NCBI GenBank assembly: GCA_007130265.1
Contig: SLST01000023.1
Span: 1 to 60,779 of the forward strand
Reading direction: 5' to 3'
Source: Spirochaetales bacterium
GTDB taxonomy: Bacteria > Spirochaetota > Spirochaetia > DSM-27196 > SLST01
DNA: 60,779 bases
Shown here: in pieces, positions 1 to 10,495 of the stretch
Numbering within the stretch: position 1 is the first letter of the stretch
How the letters are laid out: every line of letters starts with the position of its first letter
The notes under the pieces: generated by a model
Seen by the model: only the letters and a program-made list of their open reading frames with translations
The model's database searches: none
What the model was told of the DNA's origin: nothing
Made by a program: the position numbers and the translations under genes

Positions 1-1155
1 AAGATCGACATGGCGCACCCGAACATCAACATGCGCGACCCGGTGATGTACCGGATCCTTCACGCGCACCATCACCGGACCGGCGACGCGTGGTGCGTCT
101 ATCCGACCTACGACTGGGCGCACGGGCAGAGCGATTCGATCGAGGAGGTCACGCACTCGATCTGCGGTCTCGAGTTTGAAAACCACCGACCCCTCTACGA
201 CTGGTTCCTCGACCAGCTTGGCGTCTGGCACCCGCAGCAGGTCGAGTACAACAACCTCAATATGACCTATACGCTTCAGAGCAAGCGAAACCTCCGGGCG
301 ATGGTCGAGGAGGGAGTCGTCGACGGATGGGACGATCCGCGCATGCCGACGATCAGAGGGATCCGCCGTCGCGGGTATACGCCTCAGAGTATCAGGGAGT
401 TTCTCGTACGGGTTGGCGTGTCCAAGACGGAGATCATGGTCGACCGCGCGCTGCTCGACTTCTGCCTGCGCGAGGAGTTGAACCGAACCGCTCCCCGGGT
501 GATGGTCGTGCTCGACCCGATCAAGGTGGTCCTCACCAACTACGAGGCCGGCGCCACCGAAGCCTTTGATTCGGAGAACAATCCCGAGGATCGCGAGGCC
601 GGGACGCGGAAGGTCACCTTTTCCCGGGAGATCTACGTGGAGCGGGACGACTTCATGGAGGACCCCCCAAGAAAGTTTTTCCGGCTGGCGGTCGGTCGTG
701 AGGTCCGGTTGAAGCACGCGTACTACATCACGTGCGATGAGGTGGTCAGCGACGCAGACGGCACGGTAACCGAGTTGCGGTGCACCTATGACCCACAGTC
801 CCGAGGCGGGACGACCCCCGACGGCCGCAAGGTGAAGGGAACGCTCCACTGGGTGAGCGCCGCAGACGCGGTTCCGGTCGAGGTACGTCTGTTCGACCAT
901 CTCTTCACGCGAGAGGATATGGTCAACCTCGGTGACCGGGACTTCCGTGACTTTCTCAATCCTGATTCGCGGAAGGTGTTGACCGGCGCGATGGCAGAGC
1001 CGGCGGTGCTCGGTTTGCCGCCGGGAGCGCGATGCCAACTGCTGCGCCACGGGTACTTCGTCGCGGATCAGCCCGACAGCGAGCCGGGCAGGCCGGTTCT
1101 CAACAGGATCACCGGGCTGCGCGATTCCTGGGCGAAGGCGGGCCGCAGGCCCTGA
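1..1155 (+). CDS. glnS: Glutaminyl-tRNA synthetase, C-terminal ~384 aa (5' end lies outside the window)
   Basis: The frame is open from nt 1. [19 protein letters not shown]...[43 protein letters not shown] matches the class I GlnRS catalytic core and anticodon-binding domains. Confidence 0.9.
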   Translation, partial: KIDMAHPNINMRDPVMYRILHAHHHRTGDAWCVYPTYDWAHGQSDSIEEVTHSICGLEFENHRPLYDWFLDQLGVWHPQQVEYNNLNMTYTLQSKRNLRAMVEEGVVDGWDDPRMPTIRGIRRRGYTPQSIREFLVRVGVSKTEIMVDRALLDFCLREELNRTAPRVMVVLDPIKVVLTNYEAGATEAFDSENNPEDREAGTRKVTFSREIYVERDDFMEDPPRKFFRLAVGREVRLKHAYYITCDEVVSDADGTVTELRCTYDPQSRGGTTPDGRKVKGTLHWVSAADAVPVEVRLFDHLFTREDMVNLGDRDFRDFLNPDSRKVLTGAMAEPAVLGLPPGARCQLLRHGYFVADQPDSEPGRPVLNRITGLRDSWAKAGRRP

Positions 1156-1214
1156 CGGTTGCCGACGACGCTCCGTCGTTTCGAAAGCGTGCCGCTTTTC
1201 TTATGGATCTGATC

Positions 1215-1223
1215 TGGTATATT
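1215..1223 (+). promoter_or_regulatory. Candidate extended -10 element (TGgTATATT) for metH
   Basis: TG at 1215-1216 and TATATT at 1218-1223, only 8 nt before the metH ATG at 1232. There is no good -35. GGTGG lies 3 nt before the ATG, so a weak SD is an alternative. Confidence 0.3.
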
Positions 1224-1231
1224 GGTGGCTA

Positions 1232-4200
1232 ATGCGTCGAAACCAAAAGTCAGAAATGCTTCGCGCCCTGATGCGCGACCGAATCGTGCTGCTCGATGGC
1301 GCGATGGGAACGATGATCCAGTCGCTCGCTCCGGATGAGGAGGACTACCGCGGCAAGCGGCTGAGCGGGGGGAAGTCGGCCCTGAAAGCGCACGCCGAGC
1401 TCTTCGAGACGAAGCGCTCGATCGCCGCGATCGAGTCGACCGAACAGCCCCTGCGCGGCGACAACGATCTGCTGTGCATCACTCGCCCCGATATGATCTA
1501 CGAAATTCACGCGCGCATGATCCGGGCCGGGGCCGACATCATCGAGACGAATACCTTCAACGCGACCAGCATCAGCCAGTCCGACTACGGACTCGAAGAG
1601 ATCGTCTACGAGCTCAACCTGCAGGGTGCCCGGGTCGCCCGGGCCGCGGCGGACGACGCTCTTGCCGCCGACGCCGGACACCCGAGGTTCGTCGCCGGCG
1701 TCCTTGGCCCCACGAACAGGACGCTGTCGATCTCGCCGGACGTGAACGATCCGGGTGCGCGAAACGTGACGTTCGAAGCGCTTGCTGCGACCTACACCCG
1801 GGCGGCCGAAGGGCTCCTCGACGGCGGAGTCGATCTCCTGCTGATCGAGACGATCTTCGACACGCTGAACGCAAAAGCCGCGATCTATGCGCTCCTCACG
1901 CTCTTCGACCTTCGCGGGGAAGCCGCACCAATCATGATCTCCGGGACCATCACCGACTCGAGCGGACGGACCCTCACCGGCCAGACTGCAGAGGCGTTCT
2001 ACTACTCGGTGGCGCACGCGCGTCCTTTTTCGGTGGGGCTGAACTGCGCGCTCGGCGCCGACCAGCTGCGCGACCATGTCGCGGCGATTGGCGCCGTGGC
2101 CGCGGAACCGGTCAGCGCCCACCCGAACGCCGGCCTTCCCAATGAGCTCGGCGAGTACGATCACACTCCCGAGCTCATGGCGCAGATCGTCGGCTCCTAC
2201 GCGAAGGACGGCCTCGTGAACATCGTGGGTGGCTGCTGCGGCACGACTCCCGAGCATCTTGAAGCGATCGCGCACGCCGTAGCCGGCGCGGCTCCGCGGA
2301 CGATCCCTGACGTTCCCGCCTGGACCCGATTGAGCGGTCTCGAGCCGCTGGTCATGGACGAGAGCCGCGGCTTCGTCAACGTCGGCGAGCGAACGAACGT
2401 CGCCGGGAGTCGCCGTTTCGCCCGACTCATGAAGGAAGGCCAATACTCGCAGGCGCTCGAGATAGCGCGTGACCAGGTGGAAAGTGGCGCACAGATGATC
2501 GACGTCAACATGGACGAGGCCATGCTCGACGGCGTGTCTGCCATGACGACCTTTCTCACCCTCGTTGCCTCCGAACCGGACATCTCCCGCGTTCCCATCA
2601 TGGTGGACTCGAGTAACTGGGAGGTGATCGACGCGGGGCTGCGGTGCGTCCAGGGAAAGGGGGTGGTCAACTCGATCAGCCTCAAAGAGGGAGAGACGGC
2701 GTTTCGCGAGCAGGCGCGGGCGGTGCTGAGGTACGGCGCCGCGGTGGTCGTCATGGCGTTCGACGAACAGGGTCAGGCCGACACGCTCGAGCGCCGGATC
2801 GCCATATGCCGACGGTGTTACGACATCCTCGTCGGTGAACTGGGCTTTCCCCCGCACGATGTCATGTTCGACCCCAACGTGTTCGCGGTGGCGACCGGCA
2901 TCGACGAGCACCGTCGCTACGCGCTCGACTACTTCGAGGCGGCGCGCTGGATCAAGGAGAACCTTCCGGGGGTCCACGTCTCCGGCGGTGTGAGCAATGT
3001 CAGTTTCTCGTTTCGGGGAAACGAAGGCGTTCGAGAGGCGATGCACGCGGCCTTTCTCTACCACGCGATGCAGGCCGGGATGGACATGGGGATCGTGAAC
3101 GCGGGACAGCTCGCGGTGTACGACGAGGTCGATCCCGAGCTCATGGAACGCGTTGAGGATGTGCTGCTCGACCGACGCGATGACGCGACCGACCGCCTCA
3201 TCGAGCTCGCCGAGACGGTGGTCGGCGGCGGACGATCTCGGGATGAGGACCTCAGTTGGCGCGAGCTGCCGGTCGCCGAACGACTGCGCCACTCGCTCGT
3301 TCGAGGCATCACGACCTACATCGAGGAAGACACCGAAGCTGCCCGCCGCGAGCTCGGTGAGGCGATCAGAGTGATCGAGGGGCCTCTCATGGACGGGATG
3401 AACGTCGTCGGCGACTTGTTCGGCAGCGGCAAGATGTTCCTGCCGCAGGTCGTCAAGAGCGCGCGGGTGATGAAGGGCGCGGTGAACTACCTGTTGCCGT
3501 ACCTGGAAGCCGAACAGAAGGGCGAGCCGCGCGCGAAGGGCCGAGTGTTGATGGCAACCGTGAAGGGAGATGTTCACGACATCGGCAAGAACATCGTCGG
3601 CGTCGTGCTCCAGTGCAACAACTACGAGGTCATCGATCTTGGCGTGATGGTACCCGTTTCGGAGATCCTTCACGAGGCCCGCGAGCGCGACGTCGACATC
3701 ATAGGCCTCTCCGGGCTGATCACCCCAAGCCTGCAGGAGATGGTTTTCAACGCTCGTCAGATGGAGCAACACGGCCTGACAATCCCGTTGCTGGTCGGCG
3801 GCGCAACGACGAGTCGGATCCATACAGCGATGAAGATCGCCCCCGAGTATTCCGGACCCGTGGTCCATGTGAAGGACGCGAGCCGGGCCGTCGGAGTCGT
3901 CAGTCGGCTGCTGAGCGAAGAGGCGCGCGCCGCATACGTCGCCGAGATCGCCGCCGATCACGAGAAGATGCGAGAGGCGCGCGCGGGAAAGTGGGAAGGG
4001 CGCGAGCTGCTCCCCATCGAGACGGTACGGGCGAAGCGTTTCGATCCCGGCTGGGACACGTATGCGCCGCCGGTCCCCGCGACGCCGGGCGTTACCGTAC
4101 TCAACGACGTCCCGATCGCGAAACTCGTCGAGTTCGTCGACTGGGCCTATTTCTTCGTAGCATGGGATATCGTCGGGAAGTGGCCGGGAATTCTCGACGA

Positions 4201-4984
4201 TCCCAAGTTCGGCGACGAGGCGCGCAAGCTCTACGCCGATGCACGGGGCATGATCGATCGGCTCGTCGCCGAAGAACGAGTCCGAGCCCAGGGAGTGTGC
4301 GGGATCTTCCCGGCGAACTCCACCGCGGACGATCGCATAGAGATCTACGAGGATGAGACGAAGAGGTCCGTGCTCGCAGAGCTGCCTACGCTTCGTCAGC
4401 AGCAGGCGAAGAAGGAATCACCGTTCTACCTGAGTCTCTGCGACTACGTGGCGCCGGAAGAAAGCGGCCGAACCGACTACATCGGGATGTTTGCCGTCAC
4501 GGCGGGTCTCGGTGTCGACGAGATCGTGCGCGAGTTCGACGCGCAGGACGACGACTACTCGAGCATTCTCGTCAAGATCCTCGCCGACCGGCTTGCAGAG
4601 GCATTCGCGGAATACCTGCACATGAAGGTGCGGCGCGAGTACTGGGGGTACGCACCCGATGAGAAGCTCGACATCGACGCGATGCTTCGCATCGAGTATC
4701 GGGGAATTCGCCCAGCGCCAGGGTACCCGCCGTGCCCCGACCACCGTGACAAGGAGGTCATCTGGAGGCTGCTCGATCCTGAGGCGAGATGCGGTATCTC
4801 GCTGACCGAGAGTCGCATGATGATGCCCGGCGCGAGCGTAAGCGGCTTCTACTACAGTCATCCGCAGAGCAAGTACTGGGGTGTGGGAAAGCTCGGACGC
4901 GATCAGATCGCCGATTACTCGAGGCGGATGAGCTCGTCGGTCGAAGAGACCGAGAAGTGGCTTTCGAGCGTACTCGGCTACTGA
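1232..4984 (+). CDS. metH: Cobalamin-dependent methionine synthase (5-methyltetrahydrofolate-homocysteine methyltransferase)
   Basis: 1250 aa, colinear with E. coli MetH across all modules: Hcy domain GGCCGTTP, pterin domain, B12 motif [26 protein letters not shown], and AdoMet reactivation domain [14 protein letters not shown]. There is a ~20-25 aa insertion near aa 45-75. Confidence 0.97.
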   Translation: MRRNQKSEMLRALMRDRIVLLDGAMGTMIQSLAPDEEDYRGKRLSGGKSALKAHAELFETKRSIAAIESTEQPLRGDNDLLCITRPDMIYEIHARMIRAGADIIETNTFNATSISQSDYGLEEIVYELNLQGARVARAAADDALAADAGHPRFVAGVLGPTNRTLSISPDVNDPGARNVTFEALAATYTRAAEGLLDGGVDLLLIETIFDTLNAKAAIYALLTLFDLRGEAAPIMISGTITDSSGRTLTGQTAEAFYYSVAHARPFSVGLNCALGADQLRDHVAAIGAVAAEPVSAHPNAGLPNELGEYDHTPELMAQIVGSYAKDGLVNIVGGCCGTTPEHLEAIAHAVAGAAPRTIPDVPAWTRLSGLEPLVMDESRGFVNVGERTNVAGSRRFARLMKEGQYSQALEIARDQVESGAQMIDVNMDEAMLDGVSAMTTFLTLVASEPDISRVPIMVDSSNWEVIDAGLRCVQGKGVVNSISLKEGETAFREQARAVLRYGAAVVVMAFDEQGQADTLERRIAICRRCYDILVGELGFPPHDVMFDPNVFAVATGIDEHRRYALDYFEAARWIKENLPGVHVSGGVSNVSFSFRGNEGVREAMHAAFLYHAMQAGMDMGIVNAGQLAVYDEVDPELMERVEDVLLDRRDDATDRLIELAETVVGGGRSRDEDLSWRELPVAERLRHSLVRGITTYIEEDTEAARRELGEAIRVIEGPLMDGMNVVGDLFGSGKMFLPQVVKSARVMKGAVNYLLPYLEAEQKGEPRAKGRVLMATVKGDVHDIGKNIVGVVLQCNNYEVIDLGVMVPVSEILHEARERDVDIIGLSGLITPSLQEMVFNARQMEQHGLTIPLLVGGATTSRIHTAMKIAPEYSGPVVHVKDASRAVGVVSRLLSEEARAAYVAEIAADHEKMREARAGKWEGRELLPIETVRAKRFDPGWDTYAPPVPATPGVTVLNDVPIAKLVEFVDWAYFFVAWDIVGKWPGILDDPKFGDEARKLYADARGMIDRLVAEERVRAQGVCGIFPANSTADDRIEIYEDETKRSVLAELPTLRQQQAKKESPFYLSLCDYVAPEESGRTDYIGMFAVTAGLGVDEIVREFDAQDDDYSSILVKILADRLAEAFAEYLHMKVRREYWGYAPDEKLDIDAMLRIEYRGIRPAPGYPPCPDHRDKEVIWRLLDPEARCGISLTESRMMMPGASVSGFYYSHPQSKYWGVGKLGRDQIADYSRRMSSSVEETEKWLSSVLGY

Positions 4985-4992
4985 ATGAGGCG

Positions 4993-6132
4993 ATGTATTT
5001 CAACTGGAGACGATTCCTGACCGACGCCTTCTCTTCGCTCTTCCCTTTCGGGCATCCGCACCTGCGGATTACCGGCCATCGCGCACGAGTCCTGGTGATG
5101 TATTTCTTCTGCATGGTCTGGATGGGGGGCTCGGGGCGAATCGGGCTCCTGCTCGATCACCTGCTCTTTCCCTGGTTCCGCCGGACTCGAATCGAGCGGC
5201 CGGTCTTCATCATCGGAAACTTTCGCAGCGGGAGCACGCTCCTGCATCGGCTGCTCGCCGGGGCGCCGGGGGCGACCGCGATGAAGACCTGGGAGATATA
5301 CTTCGCTCCGTCGATTACCCAGCGTAGGTTCTGGCAAGGCCTCTGGACCGTCGACGGTTGGCTTGGCGGTGCGTTGCGACGCGCGATCCTGCGGGCTCAG
5401 GATCGGCGGCTTGGAGAGGTCTCGATGCATCGGGTGCGCCTCGACGAGCCGGAGGAGGACGAGGGGCTCTTTCTGTATCTCTGGGACAGCCTCTTCAACG
5501 CGTTCTTCGTGCCGCGGAACGACTCGCTCTCGCCGTACTGGCGCTACGATGAAGCGGTCCACCACTGGAGACGCCGTCGTGCGATGTGCTTCTACCGGGA
5601 GGTCGTCCGACGCCATCTCGCCTTGAGGCCGCCCGGAGCGATCTACATCTCCAAGAGCCCTTCGTTCACCGTCCGTTCCGCCTCGATTCTAGAGGTCTTT
5701 CCGGACGCCCGGTTCATCGAGCTCGCCCGACACCCGTTCGACTGCGTGGTAAGTACCGTCGGCTGGCTCTCGTACGCCTGGCACTTCTTCGCCTCGCCCC
5801 GAGCGAGATTTCCCTTCCTCGACGATGTTCTGGTCATGACGAGGCACTGGTATGCGCGCCCGCAGGAGCTCGCCGCGCGGCTTCCCGCCGACCAGTACGC
5901 GCTGATCCGCTTCGAAGATCTCGTCTCACGGCCAACCGAGGTAGTTCCGGCTGCGCTCCTGCGACTCCGCATCGATCCCGACGATCGGCTTCGCGTTGCG
6001 CTTCGGCGGCTGCAGGAACGGCCCCGCACCTCCAGGACCGACGACCACAGTCTCGACGAGCTCGGCATCTCTGATGCGCAAGCGCTCGCACGGTATGGGC
6101 CGGCGATGGTACGGTTCGGGTACGAGCCATGA
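4993..6132 (+). CDS. Sulfotransferase family protein (PAPS-dependent)
   Basis: 5'-PSB loop FIIGNFRSGSTLLHRLL and 3'-PB-like LARHPFDCVVSTV. I chose the ATG at 4993 (first ATG after the metH stop) over the ORF-track start at 4789, which overlaps metH. Confidence 0.8.
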   Translation: MYFNWRRFLTDAFSSLFPFGHPHLRITGHRARVLVMYFFCMVWMGGSGRIGLLLDHLLFPWFRRTRIERPVFIIGNFRSGSTLLHRLLAGAPGATAMKTWEIYFAPSITQRRFWQGLWTVDGWLGGALRRAILRAQDRRLGEVSMHRVRLDEPEEDEGLFLYLWDSLFNAFFVPRNDSLSPYWRYDEAVHHWRRRRAMCFYREVVRRHLALRPPGAIYISKSPSFTVRSASILEVFPDARFIELARHPFDCVVSTVGWLSYAWHFFASPRARFPFLDDVLVMTRHWYARPQELAARLPADQYALIRFEDLVSRPTEVVPAALLRLRIDPDDRLRVALRRLQERPRTSRTDDHSLDELGISDAQALARYGPAMVRFGYEP

Positions 6133-6635
6133 TACCGGTATCCGAGCCTCCTATCCGAGTCATCATCACCGGAGGCACGTTCGACAAGCACTACGATGAG
6201 CTGCGCGGTGAGCTGACGTTTCGGTCGTCACACCTGCCGGAGATTCTCGCGCGTGTGCGACTCACGATTCCGGTGGAGCTCGAGGTCAACCGACTCGTCG
6301 ACAGCCTGGAGATGGACGAGACCGACCGCATGCGCATCGCCGAGTCATGCGAGCGGTCCGCCGAGGAGCGGATCGTGATAACGCATGGGACCGACACGAT
6401 GTGCGAGACCGCACGCGTGCTCGGCGCGCGCGATCTCTCTCGCGTGATCGTTCTCACCGGCGCGATGGTCCCGTACGCCTTCGCAGGAAGCGACGCGGTC
6501 TTCAATCTGGGGTGTGCCGTCGCCGCCGTTCAGACGCTCCCGCACGGTGTCTACATCGCCATGAACGGCCGGGTCTTCGTGTGGAACCACGTGCAGAAGA
6601 ACCGCGAACGAGGTGTCTTCGAGGCTCGCGACTAA
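6129..6635 (+). CDS. Asparaginase-family protein, N-terminal catalytic domain only (168 aa)
   Basis: Motifs ITGGTFDK, HGTDTM, VLTGAMVP and HVQKN align with the asparaginase T, TD and K catalytic positions. ATGA overlap with the sulfotransferase stop. No C-terminal domain. Confidence 0.7.
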   Translation: MIPVSEPPIRVIITGGTFDKHYDELRGELTFRSSHLPEILARVRLTIPVELEVNRLVDSLEMDETDRMRIAESCERSAEERIVITHGTDTMCETARVLGARDLSRVIVLTGAMVPYAFAGSDAVFNLGCAVAAVQTLPHGVYIAMNGRVFVWNHVQKNRERGVFEARD

Positions 6636-6669
6636 AGCGTCGGCCCAATCCGGCGGATAATAACTAGAG

Positions 6670-7164
6670 ATGATGCAAGTTCTCAACGAGCAGCATGTCT
6701 CCTCACGCCGCCGACGACTGAACCGCGGAGGGACGAGACGATGCCGAATGACCCGCGCCGCAGCCGGCGCTACAGTCCGGGAACGCCGGTTTCCGGTCCT
6801 TTCGACGCTGCGGACCGCGGGCCTCGCGTTGCTGACCGTCGCGCTCGGGGCGGCGCTCGTCGTTCTCGTTCCCGAGCTCGAGGATGAGGCCGCAAGGGCG
6901 GCAGCAGACCGGCAGGACGCGGCCCTGCAGGCAGCCGTCTCGTCCTTTCCCACGCCGCAGTCCGGGCTGGTCGAGTTCGAACGAACCGAAGACATCGAGT
7001 ATTTCGTCGAGGAAGGAGAAACGCTGAGTTCGATCGCGCGGCGGTACCAGATCGACTATCCGCTGCTAGCCGAGTACAATGAGCTCACCAATCCTCATAC
7101 GATATCGGTCGGACAGCGGATCACGATACCCGGGACGACCTCACGGCGTCTGTTGGGAGAATAG
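6670..7164 (+). CDS. LysM domain-containing membrane-anchored protein
   Basis: TM segment LRTAGLALLTVALGAALVVLV, then C-terminal LysM YFVEEGETLSSIARRYQIDYPLLAEYNELTNPHTISVGQRITIPG. GATAAT sits 8 nt upstream of the ATG. Confidence 0.75.
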   Translation: MMQVLNEQHVSSRRRRLNRGGTRRCRMTRAAAGATVRERRFPVLSTLRTAGLALLTVALGAALVVLVPELEDEAARAAADRQDAALQAAVSSFPTPQSGLVEFERTEDIEYFVEEGETLSSIARRYQIDYPLLAEYNELTNPHTISVGQRITIPGTTSRRLLGE

Positions 7165-9177
7165 GAGCGACTCGTAGGGGCCGAGCGGGCCAATGCGCAC
7201 CGGTTCGTCCTGGAGGTCGAGCGTGGTGCCGTTCCAGACTTCCGTGAGCCGGCTCCCCCTGTGATACGGGGCCTGCCACACGCCGCACACAAGCGCCGCC
7301 TGTTCGAGCAGATATGACCCGTCCACCTCGATCGTGGCACGACGGCCGCTCATGTTGAAGACTCCCAGGTACCCGGCCGTGTTGTAGATCACCGACGGGA
7401 GCTCGTGTGTCATCATGTCGAGAGGAATCAGTCGTCCGGCGAAACAGTCGTTGGTGATGCGCTGAATCGTGCCGATCTCGTTCAGGACCTCGTCGTCGAG
7501 AGCCGTGAAGTCGTCGGAGTAGAGCAGTAGGCCGCCGGTGAGCGCGATCGCGTTGATCTGGGTCCGCCGCTGGGCGGAGCTCAGCCTCGTTCCGCTCGTG
7601 CGGAGCATGAGGCAATCCGGATCGTTCAACCAGAGCGCCCGATGCATGGCGCCTCGGACGATGCTGTTGCGCACGGCGTTGCGCACGCCGACCATCGCGC
7701 CGGTGCGAAGGAGTCTCCCCTTCTTCTCGATCCAGTACCCTCCGGTGTCCGGTCCAACGCGCATTGCATCCACCGTTCCTATGCCCGTCGTCAGCGGCAT
7801 CCCACAACCAACGAGGAAGACGCGCTCACTCGTCGTCGCTTCGGCAACCTCCCGAATGGTCTGCATCCCGCGCCGCAGAACCTCCGCTCGCGACAGCCTC
7901 AGGTCGTGGTGGGTCCCGCCGCGCAGGCACGCCCCGAAGAGAAAGTCGCACTTCAGGTACGTGTATCCCCACCCAACGATCGTTCGGATGACCTTGCGCA
8001 GGTACTCCTCGAAACGGGGATTCGTCAGGTCGAGCCCGTAGTAGTAGCGTCCGGGCCAGAAGAAGTTGAACCCCGCAACGATGCGACGTCCGTGTTCGTC
8101 GCGGAGCGCGTACTCCGGATGGATCGTAAGCAGTTGCGAACTGCGTGTTGCGACGAATGGCGCGATCCAGAGCCCGGGGCTGAAGCCCGCACCTCGGATC
8201 TCGTCGGCCAGCCGTTCCATCTCCCCCTCGAACTGCGGGGTTAACGAGAGCCAGTCTCCCACGGCGCGCTGGTACCCATCGTCAATCTGTACGAAGTCGA
8301 TTCTCGCCCCACGCTCATCGCGGGCGCGTCGCAGGGCATCCAGATTCCGGCGGATGATCCTTGGGGTAATCTTCGTGTAGTAGTAGTACCAGCTGCACCA
8401 GCCGTGGACATTCGCCCGTGGCAGCCTTGGAGACGCGCGCATGGCGATCTCCCGGAAGTAGCGATGGATGAGCTGATGGGTGCGCCCCCGGGCGAAATGG
8501 ATAGCTCCAAGTCCGACCGTCTCTCCCGGCATGACCATTTTGCGCCCGAAGTCATAGATGAGCTCGAAATAGCTTTCGCGGTCGGCCTGTCGGTAGAGGT
8601 TGAGCTTGATGTAGAAGAACTGGTCGAAGGGCGGCCCCTGTCCCACGAGGAATGCGTCGTCGGTTCCCCGATTGGTTATGACTGTGTACATCTCGCTCGA
8701 AAAGAGCCCGGGCACGTTCGACGGCAGATTCGCGAGATTGCTGCTCGCGAGGCTCACGAGTTGGAGCCAGGGGCGCAGAGGCTTGTCCTTTGCCCGGTAG
8801 CTGCGCGCGGTCGACCAGCTCTGGTACCCGTTGCGAAAGAAGCATAGCTTTCGCGGCTCGATACCCGAGGCATACGTGTCGATTCCGCCTTCCGCCGGAA
8901 AGGTGAGCCTCGTAATCCTGATCGACTCATCGCCCACATTCGTCAGGCTCAGCTCGAGGCGGCTCCCAAATCCCGGCACGTCGCACCAGCGTCCGTCGAG
9001 TCTTGCGTGCTCGCTGCCGAACTGGAGACGCACACGCGTTCCGGTCTCCTGCGCTCGCAGACGTACGGTCCGTCGCGTCACCCCGAACTTGAGCTGCAGC
9101 ACCGGGGCGAGAGCTATCTGATCCCAGCTGATGCGGTCGGCCCCGGCCGAACTCGTGCCCGTAGAATCCATTGGCAT
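7141..9177 (-). CDS. Glycoside hydrolase family 36-like alpha-galactosidase / raffinose-synthase-like protein
   Basis: HGWCSWYYYY...FVQIDDGYQRAVGDW...GLWIAPF...GYTYLKCDF (KxD nucleophile motif)...LWLNDPDC. Start taken at the MPMDS ATG at 9177, preceded by AGGTGAG. The longer ORF start at 9345 runs into the gap promoter region. Confidence 0.8.
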   Translation of the reverse strand: MPMDSTGTSSAGADRISWDQIALAPVLQLKFGVTRRTVRLRAQETGTRVRLQFGSEHARLDGRWCDVPGFGSRLELSLTNVGDESIRITRLTFPAEGGIDTYASGIEPRKLCFFRNGYQSWSTARSYRAKDKPLRPWLQLVSLASSNLANLPSNVPGLFSSEMYTVITNRGTDDAFLVGQGPPFDQFFYIKLNLYRQADRESYFELIYDFGRKMVMPGETVGLGAIHFARGRTHQLIHRYFREIAMRASPRLPRANVHGWCSWYYYYTKITPRIIRRNLDALRRARDERGARIDFVQIDDGYQRAVGDWLSLTPQFEGEMERLADEIRGAGFSPGLWIAPFVATRSSQLLTIHPEYALRDEHGRRIVAGFNFFWPGRYYYGLDLTNPRFEEYLRKVIRTIVGWGYTYLKCDFLFGACLRGGTHHDLRLSRAEVLRRGMQTIREVAEATTSERVFLVGCGMPLTTGIGTVDAMRVGPDTGGYWIEKKGRLLRTGAMVGVRNAVRNSIVRGAMHRALWLNDPDCLMLRTSGTRLSSAQRRTQINAIALTGGLLLYSDDFTALDDEVLNEIGTIQRITNDCFAGRLIPLDMMTHELPSVIYNTAGYLGVFNMSGRRATIEVDGSYLLEQAALVCGVWQAPYHRGSRLTEVWNGTTLDLQDEPVRIGPLGPYESLLFSQQTP

Positions 9178-9374
9178 CTCACCTGATTTGTAGACGGAAA
9201 CGACGGCGGGCGCAAGCACGCGACAGCGGAGAGGGCGTTCCGGACAGCTTCCCGGCGCCTTGACAGGATTGGGATAAGCTGGTTGATTAGACACAGAACG
9301 CTCCCGCTGCATTTGAGCCCGGTTCGGGACGGGTGTGGCGTACAACCCAAAACCAATACATGGAAGGAGAATGC

Positions 9375-10400
9375 ATGGGCAAAATCAAAGTAGCATTCAA
9401 CGGTATGGGCCGCATCGGCAAGAACGTGATGCGCGTCATCATCAGCGAGCTCGACGACAAGTTCGACATCGTTGCGGGAAACGATCTGGTTTCCGCGGAG
9501 GAGATCGCGAAGAGTCTGCCAAAGGACTCGATCTACGGCCGATTCCCGGCCGAGGTGAGTCTGAAGGGCGAGAACGTCATCAAGGCTGGACGTCATGAGA
9601 TCACCGTATACGGTGAGAAAGACGCGTCCAATATCCCCTGGGGGAAGCACGACGTCGACATCGTGTTCGAGTGCACCGGGTTCTACCTGACTGCCGAGAA
9701 GGCGAACGCGCACCTGAAGGGCGGAGCGAAGAAGGTCATCATCAGCGCACCGGCGAAGGACGACACGCACACCGTGGTCGTTGGCGTGAACCACGACACG
9801 ATTGAGGCGGGCGAGAAGATCCTTTCGAACGCCAGCTGTACGACCAACTGTCTTGCGCCGCTCACCAAGGCCATCGATATGAGCCACAAGATCGTCGCTG
9901 GACTCATGAGCACGACGCACGCGGCCACCTCCACGCAGAGAGTCGTCGACTTCTTCGGGGGAGGCAAGAATCGGGCTACGCTCAACAACGTGATACCGGC
10001 CTCTACCGGAGCGGCGATCGCGGTCGGCAAGGTGCTTCCGCACCTGAACGGGAAGCTGAACGGCACCGCGCTTCGCGTCCCGACGGATACCGGGAGCGTC
10101 GTTGAGGCGGTATACCTCGTAGAGGGGAATGTCTCCAAGGGCCAGCTCGCGAAGTCAATCACCGAGAACGTCAAGAAGATGAACGACTCCACGCTCATGA
10201 AGAAGAGCGTGTACTTCGGTGATTACTACGAGTGTTCGCAGGACTGCGTCGGCGAACCGTACTCCTCGATGATTACCGACAACCTGCTCGTCGTGGACCT
10301 CGGGGATCAGACGATGATCAAGGCCACGAGCTTCTACGACAACGAGATGGGTTTCTCCTATCGCATGGCCGAGCTCGCCATGATCTTCAACGACAAGTAG
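9375..10400 (+). CDS. gap: Glyceraldehyde-3-phosphate dehydrogenase (divergent type I)
   Basis: KVAFNGMGRIGKN Rossmann motif, active site SNASCTTNCLAP, THAATSTQ. Strong SD GGAAGGAG lies 5 nt upstream of the ATG at 9375. Followed by an intrinsic terminator. Confidence 0.93.
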   Translation: MGKIKVAFNGMGRIGKNVMRVIISELDDKFDIVAGNDLVSAEEIAKSLPKDSIYGRFPAEVSLKGENVIKAGRHEITVYGEKDASNIPWGKHDVDIVFECTGFYLTAEKANAHLKGGAKKVIISAPAKDDTHTVVVGVNHDTIEAGEKILSNASCTTNCLAPLTKAIDMSHKIVAGLMSTTHAATSTQRVVDFFGGGKNRATLNNVIPASTGAAIAVGKVLPHLNGKLNGTALRVPTDTGSVVEAVYLVEGNVSKGQLAKSITENVKKMNDSTLMKKSVYFGDYYECSQDCVGEPYSSMITDNLLVVDLGDQTMIKATSFYDNEMGFSYRMAELAMIFNDK

Positions 10401-10418
10401 TCCAGACCGTACGAGTGC

Positions 10419-10448
10419 AGGACCGACCTTCGGGTCGGTCCTCTTTTT
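10419..10448 (+). terminator. Rho-independent terminator of gap
   Basis: Perfect 10-bp stem AGGACCGACC/GGTCGGTCCT with a TTCG tetraloop, followed by CTTTTTGT. Confidence 0.75.
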
Positions 10449-10495
10449 GTCCACCGCATGTAGCCGTTCGCCTGCGCCACCGGTAGAATCGACCA

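Noticed and set aside
1156-1231. Possible riboswitches: cobalamin or SAM upstream of metH, and cobalamin upstream of the URO-D-like gene at 10401-10495.
   Set aside because: The intergenic regions are only 76 and 95 nt, and the second is largely occupied by the gap terminator. That is too short for these aptamers. I could not see a B12-box-like or other conserved core.
1250-3961. Very long antisense or alternate-frame ORFs. Examples: 1250-3961 (-), 16825-18162 (+), 19332-20438 (-), 21973-22914 (-), 32534-33679 (-), 43017-44585 (+), 47252-48769 (-), 48586-50241 (-), 57027-58322 (+), 58265-59329 (-).
   Set aside because: Each lies opposite to, or out of frame with, a gene that has unmistakable family motifs. 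Their translations are Arg/Ala/Pro/Gly-rich low-complexity strings typical of stop-codon-poor high-GC DNA.
4789-4992. Upstream ORF-track starts that overlap the preceding gene: sulfotransferase at 4789, MCP at 21085, panE at 12873, pcm at 18828, fructosamine kinase at 40437, the REC/HATPase/cNMP gene at 41078, and guaD at 23156.
   Set aside because: The extensions overlap well-supported upstream genes in another frame and are compositionally non-coding-like. Internal starts give family-typical N-termini, often with start/stop coupling.
9375-10400. The gap gene looks less GC-rich than its neighbours (more AAA/AAG/ATC codons), raising the possibility of horizontal transfer.
   Set aside because: I cannot compute composition here. 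The strong SD and strong terminator fit a highly expressed gene, where codon bias alone explains the shift. There are no flanking mobility genes or repeats.
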